DNA from: Gammaproteobacteria bacterium
GTDB taxonomy: Bacteria > Pseudomonadota > Gammaproteobacteria > Ga0077536
DNA length: 64,000 nucleotides
Reading direction: 5' to 3'
Assembly: GCA_963662545.2 (NCBI GenBank)
Contig: CAXXLL010000003.1
Location: 2,304,001 to 2,368,000, forward strand
Position numbers and translations under genes: made by a program. This document shows, in pieces, positions 42,434 to 51,057 of this stretch (its first letter is position 1; each line of letters starts with the position of its first letter). The notes below the pieces were generated by a model. It saw only the letters and a list, made by a program, of their open reading frames with translations. It made no database searches and was not told where the DNA came from.

Positions 42434-43837
42434 ATGAGTTATGCGCGCACAGAACAAACCTTAATGAACTGCGATAGCGCCGACATTCACCACAAGGCAC
42501 CGCCACCCGGTCGCGCGATCGGAGCCGTGCGGGACAACATCGTTGCCGGCTGTCGGCTGTCGCTCGCCCGCCGAGTCGCGCGCTCCGACTTTCGCGCCTC
42601 ATTCGGTCACCTGCTGTTCGCTCTGATTTTGAGCGGGTGCGCAACGGTGCTCGTACACCGCATCGAGGCCGGCGCTGGATCGCTCTTCTGGATATGGGGT
42701 TTCATCAGTACCTCGGCGAAACTCCAAGTATGGCTGGCGGTGCTGGCCGTAATCGCCTGGCGATCGGTCGGAACTGGCGCGTTCGTGACACTCGTAACGG
42801 TCATCGTCTACGCGAGCCTGCCACTGTGGCTCGTGACGTTCGCGCTCCAGGCCGTTGCTGATCTCCATGCGCCGTATGTCACGATATACGCCTATTGCGT
42901 GCTGCTCTGGCACCTCGCCATATTCTGGCGAGCGTTTCGCCTTTTGCCGTCCGTCGGAATATCGCAGACCATGGGTGCACTCGTGCTGTATTGCGCAGCG
43001 CTCTTCGTCATCACCGATCTTTTGCCGGACTCGCGGATGTTCTATCAGCAGACCGCGTCGGCGCCGGGTCTCGATATTGAATCCATTTATTACCGGCAAA
43101 CCGCGCTGCTCGATCGTGAACTCGATGCGCTCGCACCGGAAATACCCGCGCGCGCCGACGTCTATTTCGTGGGCGTCGGGGCCTTCGCGTCACAGGATGT
43201 GTTCATGCGTGAGGTAAAACAGGTTAGAAACCTCTTCGAGGGGCCTTTAGGCCTCGTAGGTCGCGCGGTTTCCCTGGTCAACAACCCGGCTACTGTGTGG
43301 AACACGCCGCTGGCCAACCTGCACAATCTCGAACGCGCGACCGCACACTTGAGCGGGATAATGAATGTTGATGAGGACATTCTGTTTTTGTTCGTCACCT
43401 CGCACGGTAACGAAGATACCTCGGTCGCGGTCGATTTCGAAGACCTCGGGCTGAACGACATATATGCCGGCGATATTCGCGCCGCGCTGGACACAGCCGG
43501 GATCCGCTGGCGAGTCGTCGTGGTCTCAGCCTGCTATTCAGGCGGCTTTATCGATGAATTAAAGACATCCGACACCCTCGTGATCACCGCCGCGGCGCGG
43601 GACCGGGCCTCGTTCGGCTGTAGCCACGAAAATAACTGGACGTATTTCGGGCGGGCTTATTTCGAACAAGCGCTCCTCCAGACGCGGGATTTCGTCGAAG
43701 CCTTCGAAGTGGCGCGCGCCATTATCTCCAAACGGGAGCGTGACGAAGGCAAACAAGCTTCGAAGCCGCAGATTTGGGCGGGCGACGCGATCGCGCAGCA
43801 TCTGAAAGATTGGCAGCCGCTGGCGGAGATGCGTTAA
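42434..43837 (+). CDS. Membrane-anchored peptidase C13 family protein (start uncertain)
   Basis: N-terminal TM helices; LFVTSHG and VVSACYSGGF His-Cys dyad. Confidence 0.88.
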   Translation: MSYARTEQTLMNCDSADIHHKAPPPGRAIGAVRDNIVAGCRLSLARRVARSDFRASFGHLLFALILSGCATVLVHRIEAGAGSLFWIWGFISTSAKLQVWLAVLAVIAWRSVGTGAFVTLVTVIVYASLPLWLVTFALQAVADLHAPYVTIYAYCVLLWHLAIFWRAFRLLPSVGISQTMGALVLYCAALFVITDLLPDSRMFYQQTASAPGLDIESIYYRQTALLDRELDALAPEIPARADVYFVGVGAFASQDVFMREVKQVRNLFEGPLGLVGRAVSLVNNPATVWNTPLANLHNLERATAHLSGIMNVDEDILFLFVTSHGNEDTSVAVDFEDLGLNDIYAGDIRAALDTAGIRWRVVVVSACYSGGFIDELKTSDTLVITAAARDRASFGCSHENNWTYFGRAYFEQALLQTRDFVEAFEVARAIISKRERDEGKQASKPQIWAGDAIAQHLKDWQPLAEMR

Positions 43838-44250
43838 CCCCCGCCGAACATCTTCCTCAGGTTGTCCATCCCTGCCTGGTAGACCTCCTGGACCGCCGAC
43901 GATGCGTCAATTTCTGAAGCGCCGCTCGGATCGAACTCACTCGACCATTCGAGCACGGATTTTCCGGCGCCATCGTCTTTGACGCGCAGGGTCGCGGTGT
44001 AGTTTGCCACCGGTAGCGGGCTGCTGACGATGCTGTAGCGGTAGAGACGATCACCTTCCTCGATCTGTTCGAGGCGTTCGACGATCTCGCCGCCGCCGAA
44101 CAGGGCAAGCCGGCGAACTCGGCCATCGTCCTCGAGTTTGCTGCTGGTCACAGCCGGATGCCAGTCGGGCAACGCGTTGAACTGCCCGATGAGTTTCCAC
44201 AATTCATCCGGGTCCATGTTTATTTCAGATTTCATCGAGACTTTAGCCAT
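43834..44250 (-). CDS. SRPBCC (polyketide cyclase/dehydrase-like) protein
   Basis: W..IG.F..LPDWHP, E.L, Y.Y.I...PLPV.NY. Confidence 0.88.
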   Translation of the reverse strand: MAKVSMKSEINMDPDELWKLIGQFNALPDWHPAVTSSKLEDDGRVRRLALFGGGEIVERLEQIEEGDRLYRYSIVSSPLPVANYTATLRVKDDGAGKSVLEWSSEFDPSGASEIDASSAVQEVYQAGMDNLRKMFGGG

Positions 44251-44401
44251 GGGTGTTTCCCTTTGTCGTTCATCGTTTTCTGCGATTTAGACATTGCGCC
44301 GCCCGCGAGCGCGGTGCCGAGACGCTATGCGTGCCTTATGAATACTATAGAATATGTAAAGGAGAACAGCGTCAATTAGTGATGCCTTAGGATCACATCA
44401 G

Positions 44402-44599
44402 ATGAGTACTAAACCCCGGGAAATCAAGATCGTAGACGATGACATAGAGGACGTCGGCTGTGATGGGGGCGCGGCCGCCCTCGGCCATCCCTTGATCTAC
44501 CTGCCGTTCACAAGCCGCAACTACGTCGATTGCTATTACTGCGGTCAACGCTTTGCGAAATCGGGCTATGAAAAGCCCGATGACACGGCCGGCGTCTGA
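44402..44599 (+). CDS. zf-CHCC zinc-finger protein
   Basis: CDGG..ALGHP..YL...CYYC. Confidence 0.85.
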   Translation: MSTKPREIKIVDDDIEDVGCDGGAAALGHPLIYLPFTSRNYVDCYYCGQRFAKSGYEKPDDTAGV

Positions 44600-44613
44600 G
44601 ACCGGCACCTGCC

Positions 44614-44889
44614 ATGCGAGCATTGCACTACCCGGTCTGCTGGTTGATCAACGGTTACCAGTGGTTGATCTCACCCGTGCTCGGGCCCCACTGCCGGCAC
44701 CTCCCCACTTGCTCCGAATTCGCGCTCGAGGCGTTCGAACGACACGGCCTCTGGCGCGGCGCCGCCTTGAGCATCGGCCGCCTCCTGCGCTGTCATCCAT
44801 GGGGGACGAGCGGCTACGATCCGGTCCCCGAAGTTCGTGTTACGTGTGAAAAAAGCAAGGCGCGTGTGTCGTCGCGATTGACCGAATAA
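44614..44889 (+). CDS. yidD: Membrane protein insertion efficiency factor
   Basis: YQ..ISP....[21 protein letters not shown]. Confidence 0.9.
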   Translation: MRALHYPVCWLINGYQWLISPVLGPHCRHLPTCSEFALEAFERHGLWRGAALSIGRLLRCHPWGTSGYDPVPEVRVTCEKSKARVSSRLTE

Positions 44890-44971
44890 AATATTCGCCC
44901 GCAAGCGGGCTCCTACCTCCGAATCATTCATTTCGTGCTCGCCATCCATGGCGCTCTGCCAGAAAAATCCC

Positions 44972-45490
44972 CTAGTTCGCCCGATCAAAGTCGACCATCT
45001 CGCGTTCAATACCGCGTTGCTTGAGCCAGTCCTGTAATGCTTTGCCCGTACCGGCCGTCCATGGCTTGACCTCTTCGACGTGCACCCACTTGTGGTCGGC
45101 GATCTCCTCGGTGCAAAGCGTAACTTCCTTCGATTCGACGGTTAAGTGGTAGGCAATGATGAGTTGATTGCGGCGATAGAACTCGTACATACCGATGTAC
45201 GACTGCATTTCCGCCTGCAAACCGATCTCTTCTTCGATCTCGCGGGCAATCCCTTCTTCCGGCATTTCCCCGGACTCGAGAAAACCCGTGACGAGCCCAT
45301 ACCAGTGCTGCGGCCATCCGACGTTTCTAACCAGCACCACATGATCGTCGTGTTCAACGATCGCTGCGACGACGGGGACCGGATTATCCCAATGCACGAA
45401 TCCACATTGCCCATCCGGACAAGCCAGGCGTTCGCGGCCCGACAGGGGCAGGCGCATGAGGGGTGATCCGCAATAGGGACAATATTTCAT
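44972..45490 (-). CDS. NUDIX hydrolase with N-terminal Zn ribbon
   Basis: CPYCG..C..C; Nudix box GFLESGE....IAREIEEEIG. Confidence 0.9.
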   Translation of the reverse strand: MKYCPYCGSPLMRLPLSGRERLACPDGQCGFVHWDNPVPVVAAIVEHDDHVVLVRNVGWPQHWYGLVTGFLESGEMPEEGIAREIEEEIGLQAEMQSYIGMYEFYRRNQLIIAYHLTVESKEVTLCTEEIADHKWVHVEEVKPWTAGTGKALQDWLKQRGIEREMVDFDRAN

Positions 45491-45539
45491 CGGGGGCTAC
45501 CTTTTTTAATGGGTGTCCATTCGGGAAGAATATTAATGT

Positions 45540-47621
45540 TTATGGATGGACACTACTCAACGGTTGGAGATAAACGCCGCTCACACCAATCCGCTGCGGT
45601 CCATTCTCAGGCGATGATGCCGCGGATTCGAACTGAATGAAGCTGTCGAGGCCGATCGTCACCTCGCCGATTGGCGTCAACCGTGGGCTTACGGTGCCCG
45701 CCCGAACCGATCCGTTCTCGATCGAATGCCGCTTACCGCCGAGGATCACGGAAAAATCTCCATAAGAGTCTGCGCGCGTGCTGGCGACATCCACGCGGTA
45801 TCTGCCCGGTGCGACGCCGGTCAGCGGCGCCCGTAGCCACTGTGCCGGCGCGTTGAATTCGATTTCCAGATAACGGCTGCCCGGCCAAGACGCGGTCGCC
45901 GGCCGAGATGCGACGTGAACGCCGCCGCCCGTACTCAAGTGCCCGAACCCATCCAGGGCGTGAAAGTTTGTTTGATCGTGGGGCGCCGAGCGGTACGCCG
46001 CCGCAGCGCCGGCCATCACCACGAGCGCGAGGACGAGCGCGACGCCGTTCCAGCGAGCGGTCGCCAGGTTCTGGGTCTTTTTCAAAGCGCACCACGCCAG
46101 CACCACCACCGAACACGCCAGGATCGCGAGCATCACGCGGCTGGACTGGAACGAGACGCTGAAATAGCCGGGCTCGTAGCCTAGTTCGCGCTGGAAGGGA
46201 ATGGACACGACGCGGAGCGACGCCATCCCTAGCACGAGGACGGCCATGAGGGAGGCCCGGGTTTCGCGCTCAATGCGCCACGCCGCGAGCGGCAGCAGCG
46301 CGAGAAATACATAGTAGTAAATGAAAGGCGAGAACACGGTGAATACCGCGACCGAGCCGAGCAACACCGTCGCCGCCATGGGATCGCGTCCGCGTACGGC
46401 CATCACGGTCGACACCAGCAGTGCGAGCCCCAGGAACTCCCGGAACGGACCGAACGACGCCGCGTCGTGCTGGATGGCCCCGAGCCACGCGTTCATCGCG
46501 TTCAGAGCGTCGGCAGCGCCCTCGAACGATGGCCATACCAGTACATTCCAGAAACTCGCGACTTTGAGCAGACCGATCGAATTGCTGCCGTAGGGGTTGA
46601 TTCGCACCTGCAGCACCTCGACAAACTCATACCAGACCCCAGGCCCGAACATGATCAACGATAGCGCCCCGAAGGCTATGCCGCCCGCCACGCCGGCCGC
46701 ACACACTCGCAATAAGCCACCGCGCAGGTTGGGTTTCCCAAGCGCCAGCACCAGCACCGCGCTGAGTGCGAATACCACCGGGAACGCGCGGCACACCACC
46801 GCAATTGCGAGCAGGAAACCGGCCAACGCAAACCGCCTGACGGCCAGCGCGATCACGCCGCCGGTGAGCGCGGCGTACCAGTCGGCACGAAAGTAGCTGC
46901 CGCCGGTCCAACCGAGATTGGCGAGGGGACTGGCGAAGTAAAACAGGAGATAGGCAAGCGTGGGTACTAACCCAAAGGCGCGATACACCACTAAGGGCAA
47001 CACGACGAGGAGCAAGACCTGGTCGATCAAGGGCAGCCAAATGAGCGCCTCGGCGTTGAGCGGCACCCGGTTGGCGACAAACGACGCGGCGACGTTCCAT
47101 CCGGGCGGTGAATTATTGCCGAGATCGTTCAACATGGGGCGCCAGGTTTGGTCGCTCGCATCGTGTGCCAGTAGCACGGCGAGGTCGTCCTTGAACCGCG
47201 CCCAGCGTGCCGCGGCAAACGAATCGCGGCATTGCGCGGCTTTCGCATCGAGCGCTGCACCGACTACGATCTCTGACGGCCGGTCGAGCGACCGCGAGAA
47301 GGTGACCGACGGCACGTCGTGGCCCTCGCGTTCGAGTTCGTCCAACGCGGCATGGGTGCAGAGATAAAGCCGCATGTGTCCGACTTCCCGATAGTACTTA
47401 GCGCCGACGTAATAATGATAGAAATCGTGCAGATGCAGCCAGCGTTCGGGTTTCTGCGTGAGCCAAGAATTGAAGTAGACGACCGCCATGATCGCCACCG
47501 TGAGCATGGCGCCGGCCTTCAATCCGCGCAGCAGTGGTACGGAACGCACGGACGGCGCATACAGCGTCGCCAGGCAGGCGCCGCCCGCCAGGAATACTAG
47601 GGTTTCGCCGTAATAAGGCAT
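45540..47621 (-). CDS. Polytopic membrane protein, probable GT-C-fold glycosyltransferase
   Basis: Many TM helices, HDFYHYY after the first loop, N.PP.W motif, soluble C-terminal domain; downstream of the ubiA-like gene. Confidence 0.65.
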   Translation of the reverse strand: MPYYGETLVFLAGGACLATLYAPSVRSVPLLRGLKAGAMLTVAIMAVVYFNSWLTQKPERWLHLHDFYHYYVGAKYYREVGHMRLYLCTHAALDELEREGHDVPSVTFSRSLDRPSEIVVGAALDAKAAQCRDSFAAARWARFKDDLAVLLAHDASDQTWRPMLNDLGNNSPPGWNVAASFVANRVPLNAEALIWLPLIDQVLLLVVLPLVVYRAFGLVPTLAYLLFYFASPLANLGWTGGSYFRADWYAALTGGVIALAVRRFALAGFLLAIAVVCRAFPVVFALSAVLVLALGKPNLRGGLLRVCAAGVAGGIAFGALSLIMFGPGVWYEFVEVLQVRINPYGSNSIGLLKVASFWNVLVWPSFEGAADALNAMNAWLGAIQHDAASFGPFREFLGLALLVSTVMAVRGRDPMAATVLLGSVAVFTVFSPFIYYYVFLALLPLAAWRIERETRASLMAVLVLGMASLRVVSIPFQRELGYEPGYFSVSFQSSRVMLAILACSVVVLAWCALKKTQNLATARWNGVALVLALVVMAGAAAAYRSAPHDQTNFHALDGFGHLSTGGGVHVASRPATASWPGSRYLEIEFNAPAQWLRAPLTGVAPGRYRVDVASTRADSYGDFSVILGGKRHSIENGSVRAGTVSPRLTPIGEVTIGLDSFIQFESAASSPENGPQRIGVSGVYLQPLSSVHP

Positions 47622-47751
47622 CGACAAAATAGAGAAACGCGAAATGGAGTCAGAACAAACTAAGGGCAACGCATTTCGACATGGGCCGGTGAGTTGCCAT
47701 TAGTTTTCTTTGGCCCATTTATCCTCCAAGGTCTCGTTGCGGCCGGTTGCG

Positions 47752-48618
47752 TCAACCGGCGCTGATCGCCCAGACGCAGGTTGCCAGCCACACTGCGATC
47801 GTCACCATTAACTGCCAATCACCGAGGAGCGCGTCGCTAGGCGATTCCCCGGCCTTGCGACATTCAACCAGCCAGCCGTAACGAAACAGGCCAAAGAGCA
47901 CGATAGGAATCGTGAAGACGAGTTCCGGGCGCGTCGACATGACGAACAGGCTGTAGAAAACCAGCGCCCCGGTCGCCGCTGTCTGCGCGTAGCGATCCAG
48001 CAGGGGCATGGTGTACTGCTTCAAGACATCCCGCCCCGTGGCCTCATTCAGATTCAGCTCCTGGCGCCGTTTGATCGTCGCGAGGTAAAGCGCGAGGCAC
48101 AAGCTTGTGACGAACATCCAGGCCGAAACGGGTACCGCGATTGCCTGCGCGCCCGCGTACACCCGCATGACGAATCCGATGGATATCGAAAAGATATCGA
48201 CGACGGGTTGCTTCTGCAGGAACCAGGTATGGGCGATGTTGAGCCCGATATAACAGAGCACCACCTGCATGAACGCCGGCTTCAATACGTAGGCGCCGAG
48301 GATAATGCCGTACAAAACGACGAGTACCAGTATTGCGTCGCGCGTTCCGATGATCCCGGCCGCCAGCGGACGCTTGCGCGCTTTGACCGGATGCATACGG
48401 TCTTCGTCGACGTCGTGAATATCGTTCAACACGTAGACGGACGAAGAGGCGATGCAGAACAATACGAACGCCGCAACAGCGCGCATGATCGAGGCGGGGT
48501 CGAAGAACGCTCCGGCGAAAACAAGCGGCGCGAGTACGAACGCATTCTTGACCCATTCGCGAGGCCGCAGCAACGCGACGAACCCTGCAGCGCGCGATGG
48601 AGTATTGAGTTCGGCCAC
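47752..48618 (-). CDS. Decaprenyl-phosphate phosphoribosyltransferase (UbiA family)
   Basis: LRP.EWVKN, NDIHDVDEDRMHPVK..RPLAAG, KRRQE; start uncertain. Confidence 0.9.
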   Translation of the reverse strand: MAELNTPSRAAGFVALLRPREWVKNAFVLAPLVFAGAFFDPASIMRAVAAFVLFCIASSSVYVLNDIHDVDEDRMHPVKARKRPLAAGIIGTRDAILVLVVLYGIILGAYVLKPAFMQVVLCYIGLNIAHTWFLQKQPVVDIFSISIGFVMRVYAGAQAIAVPVSAWMFVTSLCLALYLATIKRRQELNLNEATGRDVLKQYTMPLLDRYAQTAATGALVFYSLFVMSTRPELVFTIPIVLFGLFRYGWLVECRKAGESPSDALLGDWQLMVTIAVWLATCVWAISAG

Positions 48619-48619
48619 T

Positions 48620-48707
48620 GGAAAAAAGGGGTCGGAGTCAATTAATGACAACGTGCAATTCGATATTCGATCGCATTGCTATTAATTGACTCCGACCCCT
48701 TTTTTCC
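48620..48707. repeat. 88-bp REP-doublet/MITE-like element with perfect 27-bp inverted arms
   Basis: GGAAAAAAGGGGTCGGAGTCAATTAAT ... ATTAATTGACTCCGACCCCTTTTTTCC. Confidence 0.9.
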
Positions 48708-48783
48708 CGAAGGGACATATCCTACCGGCGGGCGCTATTATAGCTGGTGAAGAAATCAGTCGGGGCCGAGCGAAAAAAAAGCG

Positions 48784-50085
48784 ATGCGACTAGCCGGTTG
48801 GGGACGGTACCCGTCAAGCGAAGTGCGGGTTACCGCGATCAGGACACGGGACGATCTCGCGCGCACCTTGCGGCAGGCAAACGGTCCCTGCATCGCGCGC
48901 GGCATGGGGCGCAGCTACGGTGATTCAAGCCTGGCGCCGCACGTTATCGACTTGAGGCGGCACGATCATTTCCTGAACTTCGATTCGGATCGGGGCACCA
49001 TACGCTGCGGTGCCGGCGCGACCCTTGCCGCTCTTTTGGACATCGTTGTGCCGCGCGGCTGGTTCCTCCCCGTCACTCCGGGCACCGGTTTCGTCAGCGT
49101 CGGTGGCGCCATCGCCAGCGACGTGCACGGTAAGAATCATCACCGCGACGGCTCTTTCGCGGACTTCGTCGAAAGTCTTCTTCTGATGATGCCGAATGGT
49201 GAACTCGTCACCTGCTCAAGTGAAGAAAATGCCGAGCTGTTCCATGCGGCGGCAGGCGGCATGGGGCTCAGCGGCATCATCGTCGACGCCGTCCTGAAAC
49301 TCAGACGCATCCGGAGTAGCTTTGTTGACGAGCGTATCGTCAAGACCAGCGACCTCCACGACACCCTCGCCTGTCTCGACGAACATGGCGAAGCGACCTA
49401 CGTCGTCGCGTGGCTCGACGCGAACAAGCGCGGCGCGGCGCGCGGCCGCGCGCTCGTTATGATCGGCGAACACGCTCAAGACGATGACTTCGAGGTGCAC
49501 CGCAAGCCGCACGCGCGAATTCCCTTCGACCTGCCCTCGATGTGTTTGAACAGCCTCGTCATGCGGCTTTTCAACGCGCTCTACTACGAGCGCATTCGTA
49601 CTCGCATGACCACGCGTAGGACTCATTACGAACCGTATTTCTACCCGCTCGATCGTCTCCGCGACTGGAATCGGCTGTACGGTCGGGCGGGCCTTCTGCA
49701 GCACCAATCCGTGGTCCCGCGCACATCGGCTAGAGAAGCCATTGAGGAGCTGCTCTCTTGCGTTGCCACCAGCGGTCTTGGTTCGCCGCTGTCGGTATTA
49801 AAGGCCCTTGGTGAGGGCAATCAAAATTATCTTTCCTTTCCCCGTGCAGGCTATACCTTGACGATGGACTTCAAGCGCAGCGACACGGCCTTGGCGTTGA
49901 TGGGGCGGCTCGACGACATCGTGCTCGCACACGGCGGGCGGATGTATCTGGCCAAGGACGCCTGCATGAGCGAATCGACCTTCAAGCGCAGCTACCCGGC
50001 CTGGGAAGTTTTTCAAACCGTACGCGAACGACACGGCGCACTGGGTCGGTTCAGTTCACTGCAGGCACAGCGTCTGGGTCTATAG
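48784..50085 (+). CDS. DprE1-like FAD-binding oxidoreductase
   Basis: GWGR, ARGMGRSYGD, PGT..VSVGGAIASDVHGKNHH, YLAKD. Confidence 0.92.
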   Translation: MRLAGWGRYPSSEVRVTAIRTRDDLARTLRQANGPCIARGMGRSYGDSSLAPHVIDLRRHDHFLNFDSDRGTIRCGAGATLAALLDIVVPRGWFLPVTPGTGFVSVGGAIASDVHGKNHHRDGSFADFVESLLLMMPNGELVTCSSEENAELFHAAAGGMGLSGIIVDAVLKLRRIRSSFVDERIVKTSDLHDTLACLDEHGEATYVVAWLDANKRGAARGRALVMIGEHAQDDDFEVHRKPHARIPFDLPSMCLNSLVMRLFNALYYERIRTRMTTRRTHYEPYFYPLDRLRDWNRLYGRAGLLQHQSVVPRTSAREAIEELLSCVATSGLGSPLSVLKALGEGNQNYLSFPRAGYTLTMDFKRSDTALALMGRLDDIVLAHGGRMYLAKDACMSESTFKRSYPAWEVFQTVRERHGALGRFSSLQAQRLGL

Positions 50086-50317
50086 TGCGCTGTCCCGTAA
50101 TAAGCCTTCATAATTCGCTGGTCCTCGTGCCGCGCTACGGCGTTGCTCGTCGTTGCCGTATTGCGGATACCATCCATGGCATCCGCCCTTCGGGCCCGCC
50201 TGCGGCGGTCCAAATTCGTTCCGGACGAATTTGTCCCGATACGACGCCTCCTCGCGCCTTGTATCGCACCACGAGTCCTGCGCGATTTATTGAAGTTTAT
50301 TACGGGACAGCACACTA
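50083..50317. mobile_element. 235-bp MITE with 21-bp terminal IRs and a nested multi-hairpin element
   Basis: TAGTGCGCTGTCCCGTAATAA / TTATTACGGGACAGCACACTA (20/21 match); nested element ~50163-50235. Confidence 0.85.
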
Positions 50318-50319
50318 GC

Positions 50320-51057
50320 ATGCAGAAGATTCTCATCATCGGCGCGACCTCCGCCATCGCGGAAGCGACCGCCCGGCTCTACGCGCGCCGCGGCGATACC
50401 CTCTACCTCGTGGCGCGCAACGAAGAGCGGCTGGCGGGAATAGCGAACGACCTCGCAATACGCGGCGCGCATAAAGTAGAAACCGCCGCGTTCGATATTC
50501 TCGAACACGAACGCCACCGAGCGCTGCTGGAGCGCGCCGCCGAAACCATGGACGGGATCGATGTCATTCTCGTCGCGCATGGAATCCTGCCCGATCAAGC
50601 GGCCTGCGAAAAGGACCCCGAGCGGATGCGCGACGCGTTCGAGGTCAATGCGCTCGGCACGATGTCGCTGCTGACCTTGGTCGCGAACGTGCTAGAGGCG
50701 CAGGGATCTGGCACCCTGGCCGTGATCGGTTCGGTGGCGGGAGATCGCGGCCGCAAGAGCAACTATGTATACGGTGCCTCGAAGGCGGCCCTCCATACCT
50801 TCCTGCAAGGGCTGCGCAACCGGCTCGCGGGCCAGGGCATCAAGGTAATCACGATCAAACCCGGCTTTGTCGATACGCCCATGACCGCGGCATTCGAAAA
50901 AGGACCCCTGTGGGCTGCGCCCGAGACGATCGCGGCCGGCATTGTAAATGCGATAGAGAACGGCCGGGATGTAGTCTACCTGCCCTGGTTTTGGCGCCTC
51001 ATCATGCTGGTGGTCGGGACCATCCCCGAACCGCTGTTCAAACGTTTGTCGCTTTGA
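50320..51057 (+). CDS. DprE2-like short-chain dehydrogenase
   Basis: GATSAIA, SVAGDRGRKSNYVYGASK, KPGFVDTPMT; follows the dprE1-like gene. Confidence 0.9.
   Translation: MQKILIIGATSAIAEATARLYARRGDTLYLVARNEERLAGIANDLAIRGAHKVETAAFDILEHERHRALLERAAETMDGIDVILVAHGILPDQAACEKDPERMRDAFEVNALGTMSLLTLVANVLEAQGSGTLAVIGSVAGDRGRKSNYVYGASKAALHTFLQGLRNRLAGQGIKVITIKPGFVDTPMTAAFEKGPLWAAPETIAAGIVNAIENGRDVVYLPWFWRLIMLVVGTIPEPLFKRLSL

Noticed and set aside
50143-50319. N-terminal extension of the DprE2-like ORF
   Set aside because: Derived from the MITE; the SDR fold begins at the ATG at 50320.
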